A stretch of DNA of 64,000 nucleotides, taken from contig BCIN01000011.1 of assembly GCA_039545335.1 (NCBI GenBank), forward strand, positions 124,001 through 188,000, written 5' to 3'. The notes beneath the pieces are model-generated. The model made no database searches. It had not been told where the DNA came from and saw nothing but the letters and a program-made list of their open reading frames with translations. The position numbers and the translations under genes are program-made. This DNA is from Kondoa subrosea. Its lineage: Eukaryota. Positions 22,236 to 35,799 of this stretch are shown here, one piece after another; the first letter of the stretch is position 1; every line of letters starts with the position of its first letter.

Positions 22236-25200
22236 ATGTCGTTCAAGAAGGACGATATCGCGGCAGACACCAATGGTGAGCCTTTATTGGACTTTCAAAC
22301 TTGTTTGCAATGAATCTCATTCACCCTCGTCCGCAGCTGTTGGTTTCTTCTGGCAAGACAAGACCTCAGTCTTTCAAGAGGCTAGGGTCTTCAATGAATC
22401 GCCTATCTCGCCCAGGAAATGCAGGGTGCGCAGATATAGCGAGCTTTGAATCTGTCTCGTACTGATTCACAGCTCTCGCTGGTCACAGATCCTGCTCACC
22501 AAAATCATCTACCTGCTCTATGTGGGAGAAACGTTTGGCTCACAAGAAGCGACGACTTTGTTCTTTGGCGTGACTAAACTCTTTCAACATAAAGACCCTG
22601 CTTTGCGTCAAATGGTCTACTTGGTCATCAAAGAGCTCGCTAACGTCGCTGAAGATGTCATCATGGTCACTTCCAGTATCATGAAGGACATGCAATCGAA
22701 TTTGGAAGTCATTTACCGGCCAAACGCGAGCAGAACTCTATGCAGGATCATTGATGTAGGTTGTGAAGCCTGATTGCTGGTCTCAGCTCAATGTGTTACA
22801 TCTCCTACAGGGACAGATGCTTCAAGGTGTAGAACGGTTCTATAAATCCGCAATAGTAGACAAGAACTCTTCCATCTCTTCTGCCGCCCTTGTTTCTGCT
22901 TACCATCTCTTCCCTATCGCCAAAGATGTGATCAAACGCTGGGCCAACGAAGCGCAAGAAGCAGTTATTGCGAAAAACAGTTCGAGTTTCGGTTCATCCG
23001 CTTCAAATTACCTAGGTGGTTTCTCCGGTCAATACGGTCAGCAACAACAGCAATCAGGTTATCAAGCTGTTCAGAGCAATTCTTTCATTACTCAATATCA
23101 CGCTCTCGGTCTGCTTTATGTCATTAGGCAACAAGATCGAATGGCTGTTACCAAGGTCATTGGCCAATTAAGTGGAGCAGGCAAGAGTGGTGGATCAGCT
23201 AGCAGCACTTTGAGAAGTCCTTATGCTATTTGTATGCTCATTCGATTCATCGCCAAAGTCATGGATGAAGATCCAAAGTCAGTTGTGTGAGAATGGTTTG
23301 TCGCTTTGGCTGACTCTACGTGCTGCGCATTGACAGCCTACATCGACAAATGTTTGAATTGCTCGAAGGCTATCTTCGACACAAGAGCGATATGGTCAAC
23401 TATGAAGCCGCTCGAGTGATATGTGAAATGCGCAATGTTACCAATTCCGAACTCTCGAGACCCATTGCAGGTGAGTGGATCTGATGCTATGAGTCTCCGC
23501 GACTCTTAGTCAATGAAATCTGCCACAGTTCTTCAACTCTTCCTCTCTTCACCTAAATCTACTCTCAAATTCGCTGCTATTAGAACACTCAGCAAACTCG
23601 CTCAGACTAACGCTCAAGCTGTTGCTGGAACCAATTACGATATTGAAAAATTGATCAATGATGAAAACAGGAGTGTTGCTACTTATGCGATTACTACTCT
23701 GCTGAAGGTGCGTGATCTCGCTCGCGTTGCCCTATCGGGGCTCAGGCGATTGAATTTCCGTACAGACTGGTAATGAAGCTTCAGTTGATCGCCTAATGAA
23801 GCAAATCTCTGCATTCATGTCTGAAATCTCGGACGAATTCAAAGTCATCGTCGTCAATGCTATCCGAGCTCTTTGCCTCAAATTCCCAGCCAAACAATCT
23901 ACTATGCTGACATTCCTTAGCGGTATCTTGAGGGATGAAGGTGGATATGATTTCAAGAAAGCTGTCGTTGAGGCCATTTTCGATATGATCAAGTTCATTG
24001 GTGATAGCAAGGAAGCAGGTCAGTGATGATGCATTGCGGTATCAGTATAAGACTGATACCCTTGCCTCATTGTTGTTGACAGCTCTTTCTCAATTATGCG
24101 AATTCATCGAAGATTGCGAATTTACTAAACTCTCTGTCCGGATCTTACACTTGCTTGGGGTGGAAGGTCCCAAAGCTCCTCAACCTTCAAAATATATTCG
24201 CTATATCTATAACCGAGTCATTCTTGAGAACGCTATCGTTCGAGCTGCTGCCGTATCGAGTTTGGCTAAGTTTGGTGTGAATGTCGCTGATTTGGGGGTC
24301 AAGAATTCGATCAATGTTCTGCTCACGAGGTGTGTGATCTCAAGCAATGAATGACCAGCGCTAACAATTTCTTGTCAGATGCTTGGACGATGTGGACGAT
24401 GAAGTGCGAGATCGAGCAGCACTATATTTGCAAGTGATCAAGGATGAGCCTCTAGGAGAGACGTTGGTGAAAGACGGTCAGCTTTTAGGATGCGTACAAT
24501 CAGCTTAGGCTGATTTCGTACATCCGATGGCAGAATCCACTTTTGCTTTACCTGCACTTGAAGCTCAATTACTATTATACATGCAAGATCCTCAAGCTTC
24601 TTCACAACCTTTCCGTCTAGACACAGTACCTAAAATTAGCAAAGATCAAGCCAGGCAAGAAGCTCTTCGTAAGTTTGGGTTCGGGCTTCACGACTTTGTG
24701 TAGGTTTTCATCGATGCTTACAGGTGCTCGCAATCAAGAAGTTGTCGGCGATGCTTCAGCAGTCAGCAAGAAGGTCGACTCGGCTGCAGCTGCAGCACCC
24801 GCAAGTCCTTCGGAAGCTCAAAATCTTTATGCTCAACAGCTTTCAGAAGTACCAGAACTTTCTTCTTATGGACCTGTTCTCAAGAGCACCTCTCGACCTG
24901 TTGAACTTACTGAAAGTGAAACTGAATATGTGGTTTCCGCCGTCAAACACATCTTCAAAGAGCACATTGTCTTCCAGGTCAGTCAATTGGATAACAATGC
25001 ACTTTGTGCTAATTTGTCCAACTGTGTGACAGTTCAATGTTCGCAATACTATCCCAGATACCGTGCTCGAGCAAGTTTCGGTCATTATGTCTCCTTCGCC
25101 AGAAACTGGCGTAACAGAAGATTTCATTATTCCTATACCTTCCCTCTCTTCTGATAGCAGCGGCATCATTTACGTCTCTTTCACTCGCAACAACCCATCA

Positions 25201-25733
25201 GAATATACTGCTGGCTCATTCGGCAATTCACTTAAATTTGTTAGCAAAGAAGTGGATCCCTCTTCTGGTGAACCGGAAGAAGAAGGCTATGAAGATGAAT
25301 ATCAACTGGAAGAGGTTGAATTGGGCGCAGCGGATTACATGATTCCAAGTTACGCTACTTTCGCTACCGAATGGGATCGCTTAAGGTCTGGATCAAGTCT
25401 TACGGAAACTTTTGCTTTGTCCGCGCTGGAGAGTCTGAAAGGTAAGCCCCGATTTTTCAGCAAGCGACATTTAGCTAATCTTTTGCTGCGCTTTTAGCTG
25501 CTTGCGATTCTTTGGTGGAAATCTTGGGTATGGAACCGCTTGGAGGAACAGAAACGCCAGCTTCTTCTACCGTGCATACACTCAACCTATCTGGTCTAGT
25601 GTGCGGTGACGGAGGAAAAGTTTTAGCAAGAGCCAGAATGACTTATGCTTCTGAATCGGGAGTGACTTTGGAACTGTCAGCTCGTGCAGAGAAGGAGACT
25701 GCTGCGCAACTTGTCATCAGCGCTATTGGGTAG
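22236..25733 (+). CDS. SEC21: Coatomer subunit gamma (gamma-COP)
   Basis: [91 protein letters not shown]. Confidence 0.97.
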
Positions 25734-25902
25734 ATATGTAAAGAGATAGGATCAGGCTGGAATGAAAATGCAGGGCATTCGTTTGCATACACTTTTTTGA
25801 CCAACCTTAAGCATGAAAGTCAGATGACAATGTGTGCAAGGTTCCTAGTAACGTATAGTATTGCATGCTTGGAGTATCTATTTCAATGCTATTGTTAACC
25901 CT

Positions 25903-27023
25903 CTACTTCATGAATCTATTTTTACTCATCAGCCATAGCCTGTAAGTTTCGCGAAGAATTTGACATACTGAGAAGCCAAAGAAGCGAGCTGGCCAAGTCC
26001 ACCGCTGTTACCTCCACCCATAGTTCCTCCGCCAAATTGAGACTGCATCATCAATTTCATAACAGTCATTCCGCTGAATTCAATCGTATCAGCAAACAGA
26101 AATCAGATAGACCTTGATAGACACTGACGCAGAGGAGACTGCATCTTGTTTGTTGCCTTGAGCAGCACCACCAGATTGATCAAAGAGTCTAGAAGCTTCA
26201 GCCATAGCTTTGCCGACGAGCATAGCTTGCACTGCAACAAAGCGGTTCAATCTGGGTTGCGAGTAAGTGTGAAGAAAGAAATCTTACTGCCTCCTCCTCC
26301 TCCCGCACCAGTCGAAGAGGCGCTAGCTCCCGAGCCGGTGAACATTTTCAGACTGTGAGCATGAACTTATCATTGTTAAGCGCCCGAGCGCTCGAAGCAA
26401 GTCCACTCACGCTTGCATCTATACACAAAATGAGCTGATATGCAAAAAGAGTGCGAAAGAGAACCTACTGCTGCAGCGGCGCCCATACCATTGGCAGACA
26501 TGTTGTTGCCGTTGCCTTAATCGTCTCATCAGATTTAGCTCGATTCAGAAGCTGGACGGTTTACCTCGTTCGTAAGCTTCAGCATGAGCGTCCTGTACAC
26601 CATCTTCATCGATATCGTTTGGATCAACAGCTCCGTTCTCTTTCTTCTGATTCAAGAAGGACAAAGCGCTATCGAACAAGCTCCCATCTTGATCTTGAGC
26701 GTTGCCTTTAGCGTGTTCAGCAGCACCGTTGAGCTGTACAATTGAATGATAAGCTTCAAAATACAGATTGCTTGTTATGACACTTACGTCTAAGCCTTGA
26801 GAGGGTCCATTGTTGTATTGCGGACCTCCTTGCATGTTGTTACCTTGATGCTGGGAGTTCTGGTAGGCTGAGTAGCCTTGCTTTGCCATCTATTGACGTA
26901 TTTATGTCATCAGAAAGCTTTGACATAGCGTCGGGAAAGAGAAACTCGCGTTCATGAAGCTGCAACAGATACAAGAATGAGCCTCAAGATGGCGCTAGTT
27001 AGGGCAGGATTGGCTTACTCCAT
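25903..27023 (-). CDS. Beta-flanking protein (beta-fg)-like small Gly-rich fungal protein
   Basis: Spliced reading: MDFMNMAKQGYSAYQ...GSLFDSALSFL...MGAAAAMQALKMF...KAMAEASRLFDQSGGAAQGNKQDAVSSAGMTVMKLMMQSQFGGGTMGGGNSGGLGQLASLASQFMK*. Includes coding exons of 5, 10 and 8 nt and a GC-AG intron. Confidence 0.85.
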
Positions 27024-27397
27024 TGTTGCTTAGTATTGGAAGTTTGAGTTCGACCTTGAAATAGATTCTTCTGTCGCGACAGCCAATAGTCTGGCCAATA
27101 CTGTCAGACCAAGTGAACGATGAGCACTACTCCATAGGGGACCTAGAAGCTATGCACCAAGGCAAGCAAGCTACTTACAGCGCGTCGAATCGCCTGAATC
27201 CATTTGACATGCTTCGACAGCTCTGTTGGAACCTCTTGCATTCATAAATTAGCAGGCAACGCGTCTCAATCCTCTTTGAGCATCATTATCTCAAGCTCGT
27301 GTAATCGGTTACTTAGTTTCCGCCGATTACGTAATCAAACGAGGCCCGAGCATCTGAAATTCTGACTTGATTTCTCATTTCCAACTACGATCGCAGA

Positions 27398-29101
27398 ATG
27401 AGTGAAATTCTTGACGTTGCTATCATTGGAGCTGGTATCTCTGGCATCAACACAGCTTATCGAGTACAAGAAGCTTTCCCTGATATTCGATACAAGATCT
27501 TTGAAGGTCGAAATGATATAGGAGGAACTTGGTCTTTCTTCAAGTACCCTGGTTTACGTAGCGATTCAGATCTCTTTTCTTTTGGATTTGCTTGGAACAC
27601 TTGGTCTGCTGAAAAAGTTATTGCCGATGCTGCTTCAATCATGTCTTATATGCGAGAATCAATCAAGAAGTCTGGAATAGACAAACATATCGAATATGAA
27701 CATAAAGTCATCTCTTACAATTGGAACAGTCAAGATCAATTGTGGGAAATCACTATGAAAGTTAAAGGGCAAGAAAGTAAAGTTGTTAGAGCCAATTGGG
27801 TTGTTCTTGGAACTGGGTACTACGATTACGAGAAGGCTCTTCCTACAACTATTCCTGGTCTGGACAAGTTCAAAGGCAAAGTGAGTCATTACTTCTCCAT
27901 CGTCATTATCGCCGCATGCCGATGCTATCTATTTGCTTGACACAGATCGTTCATCCACAATTCTGGCCTGAAGATCTAGATGTCACAGGCAAGAAAGTTG
28001 CTATTGTCGGTTCGGGCGCAACAGCAATCACCATCTTACCAAGTATAGTCGAAAAAGCATCAAAAGTAACAATCGTTCAAAGAAGTCCTTCTTACATCAG
28101 CGCTTTACCAGCTAAAGATCCAAGCGTTGATTTCTGCAAACGTTTCTTACCACTTTCTTTTGCTAACTGGTTGATGAGAGTTAAATACCTCGTTCTCAGT
28201 TATCTCTTTTTCAATTTCTGTCAAACTTTCCCAAACAAGGCAAGAAAACTCATGTACAAACGAACTAGTGAACAACTTCCCAAAAATATCAGTCTTGATC
28301 CTCATTTCACACCAAAGTAGGTTTCTCTTTCTTCTTCAGGACCTTATTATCGATACAAGTATCTGACCCGGCTTCCTTTTCAGATATTCTCCTTGGGATC
28401 AAAGATTATGTCTTTGTCCTGATGGCGATTTCTTTGAAGCTCTTCGATCTGGAAAAGGAAACATTGCAACAGGTCATATCGAAACAGTTAAAGAGAAGAG
28501 TATCGTTCTAAAAGATGGAGCTGGAGAAATTGAAGCAGATATAATCGTTACTGCTACTGGGTTGAAGATTTTGATTGGTGGTGGAGCTGAAGTTAAGATT
28601 GATGGGAAAACTCAAGTGGTCAATGATAAGATGATTTGGAAGTGTGCTATGATTCAAGATATGCCAAACTTGGTCGCAATCATTGGATACAGTAAGTCAT
28701 GTCTCTATCTGATTACATTGCGCAAGAAAATGCTCATGGCATTACAATAGCTAATGCTTCATGGACACTGGGTGCTGATGTCGCTGCGAAAACAATGACA
28801 AGAATAATGAAGCATCAACGTCAAAACAACTTATCAGCAGCTATTCCTACCGCTCCTGTAGATATCAAACAGACATCTTTCATGAAAATGTCTTCCACTT
28901 ATTTGCTCAAGGGAAAAGGCGATATGCCTGCAGCCGGCAACAAGTATCCTTGGTTGCCTCGGGCTAGCTACTTCTACGATATGTTCGATGCTAAATATGG
29001 TACTATCCATCAAGATATGGTGAGTCAAATGTCGATTTATCTCAAGTCAAGTGCTGATATGGTTGTAGTCATTTATTGACAACTCAACTAAATCCGAGTA
29101 A
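27398..29101 (+). CDS. Flavin-dependent monooxygenase, Baeyer-Villiger/EthA-like
   Basis: GAGISG (FAD), GGTWSFFKYPGLRSDSD, FKGKIVHPQFW (FxGxxxHxxxW), GSGATA (NADPH), PWDQRLCLCPDGDFF, NASWTLGAD. Confidence 0.93.
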
Positions 29102-30097
29102 TGCGGATGAGAGCAGTAAGTGTAGCGAGCTTGATCGATGTTGTAGTGTGAACGTCAGACCAGTATATTTGTCAGTATTATTGTGAATTGCATTCGCCCA
29201 TATAAAGGTGTTATAACAAGTTGGTCTGTAAATGAACGAATTGAACAGAATTTCACTTGTACATCGTTACACATCAAAGTCCATCGTGATCTGAAATAGT
29301 CAAATTGACAGCTGTTTTGTGACTTCATTGACCAGGCATCACGGAAGAAAGAACAAGTCTACAAGACCGACGTTAGTAACTATTGAGTCCAAGCCCAAAG
29401 GAACCCCACTTCAGTAGATTAGTAGCGGTCTTTTGCTCCGGCGGATCCTCTTGCAACATAAGAAACGTCATGTAGGACAACAACATACTGAAGTCGGGAC
29501 CGAAGATGCAAAGATGGAGGTCTGCAGAATAAATGCCGCAAGGACAAATAGCAACGATCTGAATGCGCTTCCGCATGCAACAATCCAATGCGTCGCACGG
29601 CGATAGCATCGTCCGTAAGCAGAGGTGCAGCATCGAAGTCGTGAATTAGATCAAGACAAGTTGAGCAGCTACTACACTTGGTCCCAGATAGGACAACGGT
29701 AAGCGTAATAGCTAGCTTGTCTGCTGAGGAGAGTGCGCGATAAGTTGTGGAAAGAGGAGGAGGCAGCCAAGTCGCACAGCTAATGCGACTTGGCTGAAGA
29801 CAGAAGCAGAAATGCTTACACAACAAGCTCATATCGTTACCCTGATAGCAAGGATGATGACGCAGTAAAAGAAGCTCAAGAAATCCTGAAGCTTGAGCAA
29901 GTCCTGAGGTCAATGCGCGGAACATTGCCAGCTGGTCACAGCAGCCTGTGCCGTCCATCTTAGCTACAGTAGAAGTCGTGTACTACGCAGAGAGATCCGT
30001 TTTGAAAGTATGGAGGCTGCTGCAAGGCTGCTGACATCGCTGAACGAGCTCAAGATAACTCACACTCTTGTCCCGAAGCAATCACTTCACAACGAGC

Positions 30098-30810
30098 ATG
30101 GACAGACGCAGGAAGAGTGCATTCCTCTTCACGATACCCACTCCGACTTTCCTGCGTGGCAGACAGAGGCAATTAGGCGTATACGGAGCTGGAGCACTCG
30201 TACGCTTGAATCTCAAGTCAAGCCTAAGCCCTTCGATATCTAATGCAACTCGCTACAGTTCGCTATTGGCTGGTGGTCCTTCATTTCTTCTGTTATTCTT
30301 TCAGCCAAAGCGGCACCCCCTGCAGATTCACCTTATGACACCTTTCCCGTTCATGTTCGGTTTCCAGATTGGTTACCTGGTCTCTTTGGTACTTTAGGAA
30401 TGATTATCGTGAATTTGATTGATAAATCAAACTTGATGGGAGAAGAAGGATCTTGGTCAAGCGGGGGAGTAGCATGGAAAGCGAGGTTGTTCTTATTCTT
30501 GGGTTTCGCTTTGATGGCTGGTGGATTGGCTGGATCAATTACGATACTGGTCATCAAGTACTTGCTACCTGATTATGCTCATCCGGAAGTCGTCTGGTGG
30601 GGAGTGTCGAATGTAGTTCAGAACATCTGTATTCTGCTATCGTAAGTCTTTCGTGAGCGTATATGACAAATGCTCAGTTTTCCTTATTGTAGAGCATCGG
30701 TGCTGTGGCTGGCGCAGCTATCCGAAAGTGAATACGAATATAACCTATCAAGCAAGTCTTTGCCAAATTTTTAGCCCTAGTGATGCTGACGCAGCCATGG
30801 AACAGTATGA
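30098..30810 (+). CDS. VPS68: Vacuolar protein sorting 68 (UPF0220/TMEM50 family)
   Basis: LGVYGAGALFAIGWW...DWLPGLFGTLGMIIVNLIDK...VAWKARLFLFLGFALMAGGLAGS...EYEYNLSI*; last intron is GC-AG. Confidence 0.92.
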
Positions 30811-31054
30811 GCAATTTAAGCAATCACTGCATATGTATATAAGAGCAAGCGAGACCGCTGGGCTCATTGTATCATGTTTCGAATGGAAGGCTTTGCCCAG
30901 ATCTCACCAGCTCAACGTTCAACACTCCCTGCCATTACTTCGTCATCGAATGATCTCCTCAGATAGACCATCAGGCGTATCGTTATCTAAGCGATGTCCT
31001 TTGCATTTCCCACGCGACGCATGAATTCTGCAGCGAAACAGTGACCAGCTCAAT

Positions 31055-34000
31055 ATGGTGAAGCGCTCAGCGCTAAGCAGCGGCGACGAGACTTTAGATC
31101 AACATTCACCTGTAAGTCATGCACCTATGCATTACGCAAAACTTGTTTTGATTCGTTTGTTTGGCGAAGAAACGCGCGAGGACTGAAGTGTCTCGAGAAC
31201 CTTCACAAGCTAGATCGATAGTGGAAGAAGAGCCAGTCGTGCACGCTGAACTGCCCGCAGAAGGTTTGTTCCGACGTGCGAAACTGGCTTAAGCACTGAA
31301 GGGCCAAGCAGAGGATGATGAGGACGATTACCGGCCAGACTCGTCTGACGAAGAATTAGCTCGACAAGCGGAAGCTTCAGCTGCAGCTGCTGGTACACAA
31401 AATGAACCGAAGAAGAGAAGAGCAACTGTCGCACAATGTGCTATAATCAAATGCATTACGTTCGTGTGATCTGTTACTATTATAAGACCACTAATAATGA
31501 ATCTTCTACTGATAGAATGATGGATTTCATGTGTCACAAACATCTTACGGTCAACTTGGGTCCGCAGATCAATGTATGTCTCGGCTCAAGATGATTGAAG
31601 GAGGAATAATGACTGACTTTAGTCGCAATGCAGTTTATCGTCGACAATAATGGGAGCAAGTCTTTTACTGCAAGACTAAAAATGCTATTGACATTTCCTA
31701 TAGGCGGGAAATCGGCTATTTTGGCAGCTTTAGTTATTGGGCTCGGCGGATCCGCAGCCACTACTGTGAGTTACACAATCTTCCGACGAACTCTCATTTG
31801 AAGGCGTATTTTAGGGTCGAGGATTAGGCCTAAAAGATCTCGTTCGCAATGCTCCTGGAGTATCGTAAGCCGTTATTGTCACTTTGGTAGCGTATGCTAA
31901 TACAAACTCCTTGCAGAAAAGCTACTGTTACTGTTCGGCTTGCGAATAAAGGTTCAGAAGCTTACCAGCCCGAAATCTACGGCGATACGATTCTTATCAC
32001 ACGAATAATACCTCGTGAAGGTCAAGGCTCATACAAGATAGCAGATAGCGAAGGGAAACAGATATCTACCAAAAGAGCAGAACTCAATTCTATCGTGGAT
32101 CATTTTGGGCTCGCGATTGATAATCCTCTAAATATCCTCACTCAAGATAATGCCAAACAGTTTCTGGTCAATTCAACTCCGCAAGAGAAATATATGTTCT
32201 TCCTGAGAGGTACTATGCTCCAGCAACTTACCGAGGAATACGAACAACTTCGACTGCTCATCGTCACTCTGCAGTCCAATCTTGACGCTCAAAGACGTTG
32301 CATACCGCGTATGAGAAAAGAGTTGCTCCAAGCACAAGACAGGCAGCGTGCTGTCGCAGCAGCGCAAAGTCATGCATCTGAATTAGAGACATTGAAGGCT
32401 TGTTTGGCTTGGGCTTATGTTACGGAAATTGAAGATAAGATTGCTCAGCAAGCAGAAAAACTCGGTGGTGAAGAAGATCGGGCTTCGCAATACTCAGCTC
32501 AACTGGAAGTGTTCAAGGTCAGTAGCTGTTCTTCACGCGTCTAGCATGCATACTCATCCCGCACTCTCGGATGCACAGGAAGAGCTAGATGAAATAACCA
32601 ACGCTTCACTGCCTTAGAAGCTGAAGTGTCAAAGGAGGAGAGCGGTTCGCTTGCCATCGATGGCAAACTCAAAGGACTCAATAGTCAAATCAAAAAGAAT
32701 ACTGCTGAAATCAGACGGCTAAACGTAGGTCCAGTCCATCGAATCGTTGATCTATCTTATATGCTACTATTCAGACTGAAGGCCGTGAAATGATGACTGC
32801 TATTACCGAAGCTCAACAACGGGCGGTTGAATTCGGGCTTCAGCTCGAAGTCGAAAGCGCTAGAGTTAATCAAGATCAGACCGATTCTCGGCAGCAACAG
32901 ATGTCTGCTCTAGAAGCTAAGAAAGCCGAACAAATAGCCCTGAAAGAGAATCTCCGCATTGCGAGAAGAGAAGCTGACGCATTTACTACACAAGCAGAAG
33001 CTGGATCACAGCAATTCAGAGATTTGAAGATAGATTTAGACAACGCGGCGGTCGATGTGAAGAATAGCGGTCAAGCTATTTCAGATGCTCGACGTGCGCA
33101 AAAGGACACTTTGGTTCGATACGATGGCAACACGACAGCCCTTCTCGACGCTATCAGTCGCGAATCAGGATGGTTTGGCTGTCGTCCTGTTGGACCATTG
33201 GGACGATATATGGCTTTGAAAGATCAACGCTGGTGCGCGCTGGCAGAAACCGTCTTGCGAAATCAATTGACCGGTCACGTATGTTCTGACTCGCGAGATA
33301 AAGCTCGTCTCTGGAAACTACTCCATCGCTTCAACATTCGGGGAGCTCAGGTCTTCTATACACCGATCAATCCCACACTGGACCAAGAGATCCAGGCTAA
33401 GATCAAGGCTAAGAAATTACCGGACGGAAGATTCCTTACCTTGTATAGTATATTGACCGTAAGCCTGGGAGCGCAGCGCTGCCTGATCGCTGATACCTGA
33501 TTAAAGTTTTCCGATGAACTCGTTCGAACCATGATCGTCAACTTAGGACGTCCCGAGACTACTATTTTGGTAACTGATCGTAGAGAGGGCGACAGAATCA
33601 TGGACGATCCTCCGGAAGGGGTGAGAATCTGTTACACAGACGACGGTTTTAGAATGGGTGGCACGTAGGCTTTCGCTTTTTGTTCTTTTGGCTTACAAGC
33701 TCTGATGGCATTGTTAGGCCTGGCTCACGATCAATGGTAGCTTTGAGAATGTTTCAAGGGATGCCTCGACTCTCGAGCGACATTGCACCCGTCATTGCGT
33801 AAGTTGCTCCAGAGCTTCCTCGTAATTGCGACAGATAAAAGGCTAATGAAGTCCGTCAGTCGATTTGAACGAGATCACCAGCAAGCTAGAGCACGCCTCC
33901 AAGATCTACAGGATCAATTTAAACGATTGGATCTGGATCTGAAACAGCTGGATAAACAGAAACGGGCAGCTTACGTGCTTTCTTACTACTCTACTGCGTC

Positions 34001-35354
34001 TGATTGACACTGAAAGTTTGTCCAGAATCGTGTGCGATCTATAGAAGAACAGAATCGAGCGGTTGCAAACTCGCTAGCTGCTCTTGAAGATGATAGATGC
34101 TCGATGAGCCAGTCAATCTCGCTCACCTGGAACAAGCTGTCAAGGTTCGCGTTGCGCGGTTGCGTGATCCCCTCGACTGATGATGCTGCATACAGGAACA
34201 AGAGAGAGAGCAAGGGACAGCAGCGAAACTCAGCTACACAGTAATCGCGAACGGCTCAAATGTCTCAGTGCGGCAAATGAGCCACTCGTCAAAGAAAGGG
34301 AAGCTCTTGAACGGAGCAAAGGTCAGAGTTCAGGAGAGGTTCAGAAGAAAAGGGTATGTATATTGAAAGCTTTCAGTCCTGAACAAGTTTCTGATTCATC
34401 CATGACAGGCGGCGGCTACTACATCATTGGACCAGCGTGGTCAAGCACAAAGCAATGTTGAGCAATATGAAAGGAAACTTTCAAACAAAATGAAAAGGTA
34501 GCAAAAGTTCAAGCGACGTTTGATTTAATCGCAACCAAGCTGCAGGCAAGTCTGTCTAGTCATAATGCTGTGCAGTTGCAGATGATCGCATCAGACATCT
34601 GAAGACAACGCCAAGCTGGTATGCAAAGATCGGGATTCCCTACCAGAAGAGAACAAGATTGTAAAACAGTATTTGAAGGAGGTCAAAGCGAAAACTTTAG
34701 CTCTCGAAGTTATCGAGAGCAGAGAAAATCTATCGATTGACGACATTAATTTGCAAGTGGATCGTGCCCAATCCAGTCTTGCACAGGCATTGGAATCTGT
34801 CAAGGAATTAACCATTTTGTTCAAGGTAAGCTGTTAGACTCTTGGACTGGTATACGGCTAATCGCTCTTCAAGGTCCTTAAAGCTGCCTATACCCGTCGG
34901 ATGGATACATGGTTGTCGTTTCTCAAGCAAATCTCCGAACGCGCTCGCATTCTGTATTTCTAGCACATGGCTGAGCGAGGATTTGTGGGGATTTTGACCC
35001 TCAACCACACTACACGTTGTTTGAAGATCAAAGTAAGTTATTGTTTGGCAATCGACGAGATCATGTCCAAAACCCTTTGCAGGTCCAGACTGAGGATTTC
35101 AACTCCAAAGCATCTCAAGCACGAAGTACCTTCAAACAGGCCAGCAGCCTCTCCGGCGGTAAGGTTCTATATCGGTCTCTTGAGCCAAGTCTGACAAATT
35201 GAGCAGGAGAAAAGAGCTTCTCGACTGTTGGCCTGCTACTTACACTATGGGAGGCTATCAATTGTCCCATTCGTGCTCTAGACGAGTTTGATGTATTTAT
35301 GGATTGCGTCAACCGACGCGTTGCTGTACGTCTCTTTAAACGCCATATATTCAT

Positions 35355-35385
<31 letters not shown>

Positions 35386-35799
35386 TCACAGATGGGCTCC
35401 CTGGTCAGTTCCCTCGAGTGTCTGTGGAAGAGAGAGAGTTCACATTTGAGGCAGATCGACGGTGCTCGCAGCACTAATGAAACGTACGTACATATATATG
35501 ATGCCGCGCCGGACGACACTCACACATGTTTTAGGCAACATCTTCTAAGTCAGTTCTGTGCTTTCATGTCAAATAATACTAATCATGGTGCTTCGAGCAG
35601 TCAGCCCGAATTCCATGTATGTCGTGCGAAACAACAATTGATAGCGCTAATGCGGCATATCAAAGGGCAAAAATCGCTGTTGGAGCAGATATACGAGTGC
35701 TGAAAGTTGTAAGCAAGTTCGCAAATGACAGGATGAGCGCTGATCCCCTTGCAGGCCGATCCAGACCGATCTCAAGGTATTCTGGGAGCAGGAAGATAA
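31055..35799 (+). pseudogene. SMC6: SMC6 paralogue A; full length but disrupted
   Basis: DFMCHKHLTVNLGPQINFIV-D-NNGSGKSAIL, IDNPLNILTQDNAKQFL, hinge [28 protein letters not shown]. Relative to copy B there are frameshifts at about 32595, 34095, 34201-34210 and 34484, and an in-frame TAG at 34961-34963. Confidence 0.85.
35360..35385. repeat. (AT)13 microsatellite in an intron of SMC6 copy A
   Basis: Read directly; it lies just before the CAG acceptor. The equivalent intron of copy B has no such run. Confidence 0.95.

Noticed and set aside
25733..27398. Mating-type locus near the beta-flanking gene
   Set aside because: No homeodomain, pheromone (CAAX), STE3 or MIP gene is recognisable in the window.
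29646..29683. U2 snRNA-like 21-mer on the minus strand (GACCAAGTGTAGTAGCTGCTC vs GATCAAGTGTAGTATCTGTTC)
   Set aside because: The U2/U6 pairing nucleotides differ and I see no stem IIa or Sm site, so it is probably chance. An Rfam scan would settle it.
29419..29958. 179-aa minus-strand ORF
   Set aside because: Atypical composition and no recognisable family, so not called as a CDS.
32590..34490. Programmed -1 frameshifting, since all four SMC6-A lesions shift the frame the same way
   Set aside because: No shared slippery heptamer or downstream structure is evident, and four sequential shifts plus a stop codon are implausible.
34961..34963. In-frame TAG in SMC6-A as an A-to-I editing or readthrough site
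   Set aside because: The gene also has four frameshifts, the aligned residue in copy B is not Trp, and fungal restorative editing is known from ascomycete sexual stages. A CAG>TAG mutation is simpler.
35330..35700. Transposon or MITE insertion around the (AT)n run
   Set aside because: The region resolves fully into SMC6-A microexons and introns matching copy B; no terminal inverted repeats or target-site duplication.
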